Sequence record: DRR723986_4708
DNA: 33,070 bases
Reading direction: 5' to 3' (one strand)
Shown: in pieces, positions 1 through 8,066 of the stretch
Position numbering within the stretch: position 1 is the first letter of the stretch
Layout: the number at the start of each line of letters is the position of its first letter
The notes under the pieces: generated by a model
Databases searched by the model: none
The model's input: the letters and a program-made list of their open reading frames with translations, nothing else
Told to the model about the DNA's origin: nothing
Program-made: the position numbers and the translations under genes

Positions 1-219
1 CCCGCCGTATTCCCCGCCATAGTAGATGCCGGCCAGCATGATCAGGGCGGTCGTCGGATCGAGGTAGAAGGACAAAGGCAGCAGCATCGAGATCGCCGCC
101 AGCGATCCCAGACCCGGCAGGACGCCGATGAAGGTGCCGAGGAAGACCCCGAAGAAGCAGTAAGCGAGGTTCTCGAGCGTGAAGGCCGTCGCGGCGCCGA
201 GGAGGAGATTTTCCAGCAT
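1..219 (-). CDS. tctA: Tripartite tricarboxylate transporter large permease TctA (5' part; runs off window edge)
   Basis: Manual translation from ATG at 219: MLENLLLGAATAFTLENLAYCFFGVFLGTFIGVLPGLGSLAAISMLLP...MLAGIYYGGEYGG, the typical TctA N-terminus. It follows tctB by 5 nt. Not in the ORF track. Confidence 0.93.
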   Translation of the reverse strand, partial: MLENLLLGAATAFTLENLAYCFFGVFLGTFIGVLPGLGSLAAISMLLPLSFYLDPTTALIMLAGIYYGGEYGG

Positions 220-224
220 GACGG

Positions 225-665
225 TCAGAACCCCCACTTCAGAAGCGGCAGCGGCATCCCGAGGAACCGCGAGAACAGGAGCCACGAGAAAAGACAGGTC
301 ACGGTGGCAAGGATAACCGCCGGCACAAGGCCGTAGCCGCGCTCGGACAGGGTGGTGATGCCCACGACGAGGAAGAACGCGGGGATCATTCCGAAGAAAT
401 GCATCGCGACGCCAAAGGCGAGCACGGCCGACAAAATCGCGATCATGGGCCGCCAGTCGATGGATTTCGCCTCGGGTTTCATCAGGGAGCTGACGATCTC
501 GCTCAGCGCCAGCAGGGTGAGCGCGGCCGAAAGCACCACCGGAAAGTATCCCGGCCCCATGCGAAGCGCGGTGCCGAACTCGTAGCCGAGCGCAATGACG
601 AAACCGGCGATGCCGATCGCCGCAAGTATCGCGGCCATGACCAGCCGTAGCGTTATTATCTGCAC
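225..665 (-). CDS. tctB: Tripartite tricarboxylate transporter small permease TctB
   Basis: 146 aa, hydrophobic, with GTALRMGPGYFP motif and C-terminal LFSRFLGMPLP; lies between tctC and tctA. Confidence 0.9.
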   Translation of the reverse strand: MQIITLRLVMAAILAAIGIAGFVIALGYEFGTALRMGPGYFPVVLSAALTLLALSEIVSSLMKPEAKSIDWRPMIAILSAVLAFGVAMHFFGMIPAFFLVVGITTLSERGYGLVPAVILATVTCLFSWLLFSRFLGMPLPLLKWGF

Positions 666-690
666 TGTCGGCCCTTCCTTGTAGACGTAT

Positions 691-714
691 GGGCGGCGCC
701 CGATCGCGCCGCCC
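691..714 (-). terminator. GC-rich stem-loop after tctC (mRNA stabiliser or partial terminator)
   Basis: GGGCGGCGC-N6-GCGCCGCCC perfect 9-bp inverted repeat; no U-tract. Confidence 0.5.
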
Positions 715-726
715 GCACAGGGGGTG

Positions 727-1719
727 TTATTCGGCGAGTCCGAGGTCGTTGATCACGTTCACCCACTTCGTGCGCTCGCTTTCGAGGAAAGCGGTGGCTT
801 CTGCGGGCGTGGTGAGCGTCGGTGCAAGACCCTGCTCGGCATAGGCTTCCAGCACGGTTTCGTCCTGCATCGCCTTGTTCAGCGCGTCTGACAGGATGGC
901 CTGCGCATCCTCGGGCGTGCCTTCCGGCGTGACCAGCAGGTTCCAGAGCGTGGCCGAATAGCCCTCGAAGCCGCCCTCGGCGATCGTCGGGACATCGGGC
1001 ATGAGAGGCGACCGTTCCGGCGAAGACACGGCGTAGGGATGAATCCCGCCTGCGCGGACCTGCTCGGCGGCGCCGGGCGTGGTCAGAAGGGCAACGTCGA
1101 CGTGGCCGCCAAGCACATCGTTCATCAGGGGCGTATTGCCCTGATAGGGGATGTGCAGCATCTCGACGTTTGCGAGGCTCAGCAGGTATTCCATCGCCAG
1201 ATGGCCCGGAGTGCCCACGCCGGAGGTTCCATAGGCAAGAGCGCCCGGATTGTCGGCGGCGAACTGGATGAGTTCTTCCAGCGTCTGGGGCTCCAGCCCG
1301 TTGCGTCCCGCGATCACGAGACCAAGCGTGCCCATGACGCCCACGATATCCAGCTCGCTGTCGATGTCGTAGCCGGTATCGCGGCCCATGCCGGCAACCA
1401 GGATCGACGCGCCGACACCGCTCACGCCAAGCGTGTGCCCATCCGGATCCGCCTTGGCGACCGCGCCGATGCCGACGGTCCCGCCCGCGCCCGGGCGGTT
1501 CTCGACGATGACCGGCTGACCGAGGGTCTGCGACATGTTTTCCGCAAGGATCCGCGCCACGACGTCGGTGGAGCCGCCCGGCGGGAAGCCGACGACGAGC
1601 GTGATCGGCCCGCTCGGAAAGTCTTGCGCAGCCGCCATTCCGGCCCCGGCAACCGCCACGCCGCCGACAGCGGCGGCCAGCAACGAGCGGCGGGTCAATT
1701 CCAAGGTTTTGTTCAGCAT
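727..1719 (-). CDS. tctC: TTT substrate-binding protein TctC (Bug family), twin-arginine-like signal peptide
   Basis: ATG at 1719 with GGAGGA upstream. MLNKTLELTRRSLLAAA...AAAQ signal; motifs PITLVVGFPPGGSTD, VENRPGAGG, ADPDGHTL, PDVPTIAE. Confidence 0.93.
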   Translation of the reverse strand: MLNKTLELTRRSLLAAAVGGVAVAGAGMAAAQDFPSGPITLVVGFPPGGSTDVVARILAENMSQTLGQPVIVENRPGAGGTVGIGAVAKADPDGHTLGVSGVGASILVAGMGRDTGYDIDSELDIVGVMGTLGLVIAGRNGLEPQTLEELIQFAADNPGALAYGTSGVGTPGHLAMEYLLSLANVEMLHIPYQGNTPLMNDVLGGHVDVALLTTPGAAEQVRAGGIHPYAVSSPERSPLMPDVPTIAEGGFEGYSATLWNLLVTPEGTPEDAQAILSDALNKAMQDETVLEAYAEQGLAPTLTTPAEATAFLESERTKWVNVINDLGLAE

Positions 1720-1882
1720 TCCAGTTTCCTCCATTGAACAAGTCGATGCTTCAGGTCTTGTGCAAGCCATGCAGGCATGACTTGGGGCCCTGTCCGGCAT
1801 CCTCTCCAAGGCCCCGGGCCGCTTCGTTTGGCGGCGGCCCTTCTTTCCATTCCGAAACGCGGGATGCGGGAACACGTCCGCA

Positions 1883-2242
1883 TCACGCCAAGGCAAACCG
1901 GACCACGGCCCCGCCAAAGGGATGGGGTACGGAACCCTGGGGCCGAACGATCCACGATGTGATCCGCGCACCGTCGCAGATCGGGTGGACGCCGAGCATG
2001 GCTGTCGCCTTGGCGTCTTCCGCGGCTGCGGCCTGAACATCGTCCGCCGTCTGCGTGCCGCACATCGGGGCGTCAATGCAGTGCGAACCGAACAGGCCGA
2101 GGTGCAGGAGCCGAGGTGCTTGGGCCGACCCCGGCGGCGGAGCGATTCCCACGGCGAAACCCTTGGGGTGCGCGGGGTCCTGTGCGGCCAACGGCGTGCC
2201 CGCTATCGCCAGCATCATGCCGGCTATCATGAGTTCCCTCAT
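1883..2242 (-). CDS. Hypothetical secreted protein (119 aa)
   Basis: ATG at 2242 with GAGGAG upstream; signal peptide MRELMIAGMMLAIAGTPLAA-Q; same strand as its neighbours; no family recognised. Confidence 0.6.
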   Translation of the reverse strand: MRELMIAGMMLAIAGTPLAAQDPAHPKGFAVGIAPPPGSAQAPRLLHLGLFGSHCIDAPMCGTQTADDVQAAAAEDAKATAMLGVHPICDGARITSWIVRPQGSVPHPFGGAVVRFALA

Positions 2243-2391
2243 TGTCACGCCAATCTCCTCCCCCCAATAAAGCCAACTCACCACGCTAAACGACTTAAAA
2301 GCTAGCTATATAGACTTTACCCTCGGACTTCGCCTCCAGGCAATCGTTTTTTCGGCAGTCCGGCCGATACGTCTTCGACGCTGGCGGGCCG

Positions 2392-3048
2392 TCAGGCCGT
2401 GCGCTCCGGCCCGTTGCCATCCGGAATGCCGTCGCGCTCCAGCTTCATCTGCTTCAGGATCGCCTCCCGTTTGGCCACCGCGGCGTCGAGCGTGGTGTCG
2501 TAGATGCTGTTGCCATGCGCGTCGATGCCCACCGTCAGCGGACCGAGCCGTTCCACCTCGATCCGGGCGATCCTGTAGTGCGAAATCATTTCGGGCCAGC
2601 CGATGCCGGTGACCTTGCGGATCGCAGCGGTGATGATCTCGGCACCCCCGCCCAGAAACCCAAGGTAGACGCACCCGCAGTCTGCCATGGTCCGGGCGCT
2701 TTCCGCGCTCAGCCCGCCTTTTCCGCCGGTCATCCGCAGACCGAGGCCGGGTATGAGCTTCGGCATGTGGCCGTTGAAGCGCGTGCTGGTCGTGGGGTTC
2801 ATGTAGATGATCCGCAACGCCCCGTCCTCGGTCTCTTCGTTCAGGCTGCCGAGGTGGAACAAGGCGCCGTTGCGCATGTCGAAGGGCGGTTCCTCGGCGC
2901 CGTCCACACAGCGCAGCAGGCGGTCGTGGGTGGGCAGCCCGGCGGTGGCGAAGATCTCGCCGGTCAGATAGACCACGTCGCCGGCGTGCAACTCTTCGAT
3001 TGCGTCCCGCGTGATGGGCAGGGTCAGGTCTTGTTCCCGTACACTCAT
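2392..3048 (-). CDS. Class I fumarate hydratase / tartrate dehydratase-like Fe-S hydro-lyase, beta subunit
   Basis: ATG at 3048 overlaps the alpha-subunit stop (ATGA). Motifs LHAGDVVYLTG, PTTSTR, GGKGG, GPLTVGIDAHGNS. Confidence 0.88.
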   Translation of the reverse strand: MSVREQDLTLPITRDAIEELHAGDVVYLTGEIFATAGLPTHDRLLRCVDGAEEPPFDMRNGALFHLGSLNEETEDGALRIIYMNPTTSTRFNGHMPKLIPGLGLRMTGGKGGLSAESARTMADCGCVYLGFLGGGAEIITAAIRKVTGIGWPEMISHYRIARIEVERLGPLTVGIDAHGNSIYDTTLDAAVAKREAILKQMKLERDGIPDGNGPERTA

Positions 3049-3914
3049 TCCCCCCACTCCATGCGGCCATCGTTCCAGATCCGCACGCTGGTCCGGCGGC
3101 TGATCCAGCAGTTGAAGCAGACGGCGACCGGCGTGAAGCCGTGGCCGCTGGAATAGTCGATATGAACACCCAGCACGGTGGTGTCGCCGCCGGTGCCCAT
3201 AGGGCCGAAGCCGAGCGCGTTCACCGCCGATTTCAGCCGCTCCTCCATCTTTGCGAGGATTGGTTCGGGGTTGGCCTGACCGATGGGCCGCAGCGTCTGT
3301 TTCTTGGCCAGCGCGGCGCAGTGATCGAAGGAGCCTCCGATCCCGACACCCATGACGACCGGCGGGCAATGCTGCGCGCCCGCCTTGATCGCGACGTCGA
3401 GAACGTAGGTCTCGATTTCCTCGAGCGAGGGAAAGGTGAACAGTTCCAGCGCAGCCCAGCGGCCCGACCCCAGCGCCTTGGGCGAGCAGATCATCTCGAT
3501 ATAATCAGCCCCGCTCTCGAAGTCATAGGAGACGATGGGCATATCCTTGCCGTGGTAGCCGCGCTCCTGCGTCAGCGGATTGGTCACATGCTTTAGGAGC
3601 GGCGGGTCGATGGTGTCGACCAGCTCCTCGTATCCGCTGCGGATCGAGGCCTTGATGTCGCAGTCGAGCTGGGCCTTGCTGCCGATCTTGACGAAATAGG
3701 TAGGGAAGCCGCTGTCGGAACAGACGAACCGGTCCTTGCGCTCCGCCAGTTCGGCGCTTCGGAGTTGCAGCTCCAGCGTGCGGCGCGCAAGCTCGTTCGA
3801 CTCGGTTTGCATGGCGGCCCGCAAACCGTCCTTCGCGTCCTCGGGCACCTTGCGCAGCGAGCGGGAATACAGCTCGCGCGTGGCGGTGTGGATCATCTCA
3901 TCGGTGATGGCCAA
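3045..3914 (-). CDS. Class I fumarate hydratase / tartrate dehydratase-like Fe-S hydro-lyase, alpha subunit
   Basis: TTG start 9 nt after GGGAGGG. Three Cys motifs (VCSDSG, HCPP, NCW) plus GVGIGG and LGFGPMGTGGDTT. Confidence 0.88.
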   Translation of the reverse strand: MAITDEMIHTATRELYSRSLRKVPEDAKDGLRAAMQTESNELARRTLELQLRSAELAERKDRFVCSDSGFPTYFVKIGSKAQLDCDIKASIRSGYEELVDTIDPPLLKHVTNPLTQERGYHGKDMPIVSYDFESGADYIEMICSPKALGSGRWAALELFTFPSLEEIETYVLDVAIKAGAQHCPPVVMGVGIGGSFDHCAALAKKQTLRPIGQANPEPILAKMEERLKSAVNALGFGPMGTGGDTTVLGVHIDYSSGHGFTPVAVCFNCWISRRTSVRIWNDGRMEWGE

Positions 3915-4051
3915 CTGCCATATCCCTCCCTCAATCGGCCACTCTCCGGCGGGCCGGCTTCACGATCGCGCGTGTCGCGTCGCACGTGCAACCGCGCCGG
4001 ATGCCGGCAGGGGCCTGTGGCGGTCCCACTGGATCGCTCGCATTAAAGTCA

Positions 4052-4078
4052 ATTATATAACTTATATATCCAGGTCAA
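4052..4078 (-). promoter_or_regulatory. Candidate sigma70 promoter overlapped by an AT-rich palindromic operator
   Basis: Minus strand TTGACC-N15-TATAAT (short spacer); perfect dyad TATATAA-C-TTATATA at 4054-4068 within GC-rich surroundings. Confidence 0.55.
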
Positions 4079-4973
4079 GAGTCTCGCGGATCTTCCGGAT
4101 CAGGTCCACGCGGTTCTGGCGTGTGTATACCGCAGCATGAGGGGACAGCACGCAGGAGCCGAGCGCGAGGAAGCGCTCATCGGGCCGGGGTTCGTTTTCG
4201 AAGACGTCGAGCCCGGCGCCGGCAATGCGTCCGTCACGCAGCGCGGCGATCAGGGCCTCTTCGTCGACGACGGACCCGCGCGACACGTTCACGAGGTACC
4301 CTTGCGGACCAAGCGCGTCGAGCAGCGCGGCAGAGGCGAGGTGATGGGTGGCCGGACCGCCCGCGCAACTGAGGATCAGCAGGTCGGACCCTGCCGCGAG
4401 CGTCAGCAGATCGGGCTCGAAGGTCCAGGGAACCGGCTTGGCCCGGCGCCCGGTATAGGCCACGTCGCAACCAAGGGCCGCCAGCTTGTCGGCGATACGG
4501 CTGCCGATGCGGCCCAGTCCGACGATCCCGGCCCGCGCGCCCGAGAGCCTTCGGCCCAATCCGGCGCGCCCCGTTGCCCATCCACCGCTGCGCACGAAAC
4601 GGTCGTTGGCGGCCACGTTCCGCATCGTGGCCATCGCCAACGCGACCGCGTATTCCGCGGTATCCTCGGTCATGACGTCGGGGGTCGGGCACAGCGCGAT
4701 CCCGCGCGCTTCGAGCCATGGCTGGTCGAACAGATCGACCCCGGCCCCCACGCTCGCGATGCGCGTCAGCCCGGGAAGGCGCGCGATCACCGCCTTGTCG
4801 GCGCCGCCCATGGCCGAGGTGACGGCCAGACGGATCGCCGCGACCTCCTGCCCCGGCAGTCCGGTCAGGTCGTCCGGCGAGACCAGCGCGACATCCGGCT
4901 CCAGCGCCGCCCGCACGTCTGCCGGAAAGGTGCCAAGCACCGCGACCTTCTTCTTCGTGTCCGCCTTTGGCAT
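4062..4973 (-). CDS. D-isomer-specific 2-hydroxyacid dehydrogenase (glyoxylate/hydroxypyruvate reductase-like; likely NADPH-preferring)
   Basis: GLGRIG Rossmann motif followed by YTGRR; catalytic triad motifs VNVSRG, GLDVFENEP, SPH. Confidence 0.9.
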   Translation of the reverse strand: MPKADTKKKVAVLGTFPADVRAALEPDVALVSPDDLTGLPGQEVAAIRLAVTSAMGGADKAVIARLPGLTRIASVGAGVDLFDQPWLEARGIALCPTPDVMTEDTAEYAVALAMATMRNVAANDRFVRSGGWATGRAGLGRRLSGARAGIVGLGRIGSRIADKLAALGCDVAYTGRRAKPVPWTFEPDLLTLAAGSDLLILSCAGGPATHHLASAALLDALGPQGYLVNVSRGSVVDEEALIAALRDGRIAGAGLDVFENEPRPDERFLALGSCVLSPHAAVYTRQNRVDLIRKIRETLDLDI

Positions 4974-5310
4974 CCGGCATCACCCCCCGTGAGACTGCTA
5001 TTAGACGCCGGGCCCGGCACCGTCGGATCATCGTCGGGGTGCGGGTCAGGGCGTTCTAAAGAATACTTATATGATTCATTCAGGCCAGACAGCCCCCCAT
5101 GGCGCCAACGCAAAATCGGTGCCTGCCGGCATGGCTGGAACAGGGGCGGCGGCGGAACGGGTCCGGACATGCGGGGTTCCCGTGCCGCTCTCTCCGGTCG
5201 GTGGATGCTCCGACGGCGAGGAGGGGGCCGTCGTCTTCAACCCTTGAAACAGGGCGGGGGCGCTTGCACGGGAGGAGCCGTCATGACGTCCGATGAAGGG
5301 CGCGATCCGG

Positions 5311-7989
5311 TCACCTTTGACCCGATCCGCCCGGAGCCGCGTCCGCATGGCCGGCCGATCTGTGCTCCCGGATCAGTCGCGCCGCCACGCTTGGCAGGAT
5401 GCCGCCCTCGCGAAGGTAGCGCAGTTCCTCCCCGGTATCGACACGGGACAGGGCGTCGAAGCCCCCGCGCACGGATCCGTCCGGGCCAATCACGGACACC
5501 CGGAGCGTTTGGCCGGGCTCCAGCGTGTTGCAGGAGGCCTCTATCGAGAAGCGGTCACCAGCCTCGAGGCCGAGCGACTGGCGTCCCTCTCCGTTTATGA
5601 ACTCCAGCGGCAGCACGCCCATTCGGACGAGGTTCGAGCGGTGGATCCGTTCGAAGCTTTCTGCGATGACGACGGCGATGCCAAGCAGACGTGTGCCCTT
5701 CGCGGCCCAGTCCCGCGCGGAACCGGCGCCGTAGCGCTCTCCGGCGATGACCACGACCTGCTCGCCGCGCGCCGCATAGGCCTCGGAGGCGGCGAAGACG
5801 GAGGCTTCGCCGCCCTCTGGCATGATCCGGGTGCGCGGTCCGACGCCTTCGACCATCTCGTTCCGCAACCGAAGATGGGCAAAGGTCCCGCGGGCCATCA
5901 CGTTGTGATTGCCGCGCCGCCCGCCGTAGTTGTTGAAGTCCTTCGGCGCGACACCCCGCTCCATGAGATAGGCGGCCGCCTCGCTGTCGGCGGCGATGGT
6001 CCCGACCGGAGAGATGTGATCCGTCGTCACCGCATCGCCGAGGATCAGCAGGGGCCGCGCAGCCCTGAGGATCGGCCCGCTGCCGGCGAAGCCCGCCGGC
6101 ACGTCGAAGAACGGCGGACGCTGGAGGTAGGTGCTGTCCTCCGTCCAGCCGAAGGTGTCGCTTCCGGCCACGTCGAGGGCTTCCCAGTTTTCGTCGCCCC
6201 GGGCGATATCGGCATAGGAGGCGCGAAACCGCTCCTGAACCACGACCTTGCGAAGTAGCGCGTCGATCTCCTCGGCCGCTGGCCAGATGTCGGCCAGCGC
6301 GACCGGATGCCCCTCGGGATCCCGTCCCAGCACGTCAAGATCGGTCCGCATCGTCCCGGCTATGGCATAGGCCACCACGAGCGGCGGCGAGGCGAGAAAA
6401 TTCGCCTTCACCTGCGGGTGGATCCGGGCCTCGAAATTGCGGTTGCCGGACAGAACGGCGGAAACGCAGAGATCGGCGTCGATGATCGCTTTCGAGACGT
6501 CGGCGTCGATGTCTCCGGAATTGCCGACGCAGGTCGTGCATCCGAACGCCGCAAGCTCGAAACCGAGCGCCGCGAGATCGGCGTCGAGTCCGGCTGCCGA
6601 GAGATACTGCATCACCGCGCGCGAGCCCGGCGCAAGCGAGGTCTTGATCCGGGGGTTCACGGTCAGGCCGCGCTTGCGGGCATTCCGTGCCAGAAGTCCG
6701 GCGGCGATCATCGCCTCCGGGTTCGAGGTGTTCGTGCAGGAGGTGATCGCGGCGATGACGATATCGCCGTCGCTCACGCCGTCCTGTGTCTTGATCTCGC
6801 GCCCGATGGTGTCGTCCATCACGCTTGCGACGGCGCTGATGTCGCGCCCCTGCTCTGGCCGCGAGGGGCCGGAGACGGTCCGGCTGACCGTCGAGAGATC
6901 GAATTCCATCACGTCGTCGAACCGGGGCCGGGCGTCGGGGTCGAACCAGAGGTCGGTGCGCCGGAGGTAGCTCTCCACGGCCGAGATCTTTGCGGCCGGC
7001 CGCCCGGTCAGGTCGAGGTAGTCGATGGTCGCGCGGTCGACGGGAAACACCGCCGAGGTCGAGCCGAATTCCGGGCTCATGTTGGCGATTGTCGTCCGGT
7101 CGGCGACCGAAAGCGCAGTCACGCCGGGCCCGAAGAACTCGACGATGGCCCCCACGACGCCGAACCGGCGCAGGGCATCGGTCAGTTTCAGGGCAAGGTC
7201 GGTGGCCAGAACGCCTGTCGGCAGGCTGCCCGTCAGCTCTACCCCGATCACCGGCGGAACCAGCATCGAGACCGCTTCGCCCAGCATGACCGCTTCGGCC
7301 TCGATCCCGCCGACGCCCCAGCCCAGCACGCCGATGCCGTTGACCATCGTCGTATGGCTGTCGGTGCCGATCACCGTATCGGGAAACTGCCAGGCCCGGC
7401 CGCCCACGTCACGGGCCGTGACCACATCGGCCAGATGCTCGATGTTGATCTGATGGATGATCCCGCGCCCCGGCGGTATCACCGTCAGGTTGTCCATCTT
7501 CTTCTGCGCCCATTTCATGAAGGCAAAACGCTCGCGGTTGGCGGCAAACTCCAGCGCCTGATTGCGCAAGAGCGCGTCCGGCCCGCGCGAGTGATGCGCC
7601 ATGACGGAATGGTCGATGATCAGATCGGCGGGCACCTGGGGATTCAGCGCACCGGGGGCGATACCGTTCTTCCGTGCCTTGTCGCGAAGCATCGCCATGT
7701 CGATGAGCGCGGGCAATCCTGCGCTGTCCTGAAGGATCACGCGACCGGGATGAAAGCTGATCTCGGTGCCGAGGGCGTCGCCCCTGGCCAGTTGTTCGAA
7801 ATGGTTGGCGGTGACACTTTCGCCGTTCTCGTGCCGCACGAGGTTCTCGAACAGAACCCGAAGGCTGAATGGCATGTCCGCAAGCTGCGGAAACCGGGCC
7901 GCTGCCTTGCGCAGGTCGACGAAGCGGACACCGTCCGCATCGGACAACAGTTCAAGGGTTTCAGATTTCACCGCGTTGGCTTCCTGCAT
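5311..7989 (-). CDS. acnA: AcnA/IRP-family aconitate hydratase homolog (divergent active site)
   Basis: 892 aa. Motifs DHS, GTDSHTTM, AAITSCTNTSNP, GCTTCVGNSG (three Fe-S Cys), SGNRNFE, TTDHISP, RDWAAKG, AESFERIHRSNL. Confidence 0.92.
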   Translation of the reverse strand: MQEANAVKSETLELLSDADGVRFVDLRKAAARFPQLADMPFSLRVLFENLVRHENGESVTANHFEQLARGDALGTEISFHPGRVILQDSAGLPALIDMAMLRDKARKNGIAPGALNPQVPADLIIDHSVMAHHSRGPDALLRNQALEFAANRERFAFMKWAQKKMDNLTVIPPGRGIIHQINIEHLADVVTARDVGGRAWQFPDTVIGTDSHTTMVNGIGVLGWGVGGIEAEAVMLGEAVSMLVPPVIGVELTGSLPTGVLATDLALKLTDALRRFGVVGAIVEFFGPGVTALSVADRTTIANMSPEFGSTSAVFPVDRATIDYLDLTGRPAAKISAVESYLRRTDLWFDPDARPRFDDVMEFDLSTVSRTVSGPSRPEQGRDISAVASVMDDTIGREIKTQDGVSDGDIVIAAITSCTNTSNPEAMIAAGLLARNARKRGLTVNPRIKTSLAPGSRAVMQYLSAAGLDADLAALGFELAAFGCTTCVGNSGDIDADVSKAIIDADLCVSAVLSGNRNFEARIHPQVKANFLASPPLVVAYAIAGTMRTDLDVLGRDPEGHPVALADIWPAAEEIDALLRKVVVQERFRASYADIARGDENWEALDVAGSDTFGWTEDSTYLQRPPFFDVPAGFAGSGPILRAARPLLILGDAVTTDHISPVGTIAADSEAAAYLMERGVAPKDFNNYGGRRGNHNVMARGTFAHLRLRNEMVEGVGPRTRIMPEGGEASVFAASEAYAARGEQVVVIAGERYGAGSARDWAAKGTRLLGIAVVIAESFERIHRSNLVRMGVLPLEFINGEGRQSLGLEAGDRFSIEASCNTLEPGQTLRVSVIGPDGSVRGGFDALSRVDTGEELRYLREGGILPSVAARLIREHRSAGHADAAPGGSGQR

Positions 7990-8066
7990 TGGTCAATCGC
8001 ACATTGATTTGTGCGGACCGCGCCTTTCGGCCCGGACCGCACGCTTTCCGTTCGGGGCCGCGTGGC

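Noticed and set aside
3898-3921. Frameshift or upstream ORF at the alpha-subunit start (out-of-frame ATG at 3921, MAVGHHR-stop)
   Set aside because: That ATG is only 2 nt from the SD, while the in-frame TTG at 3914 is well spaced and gives a full-length protein.
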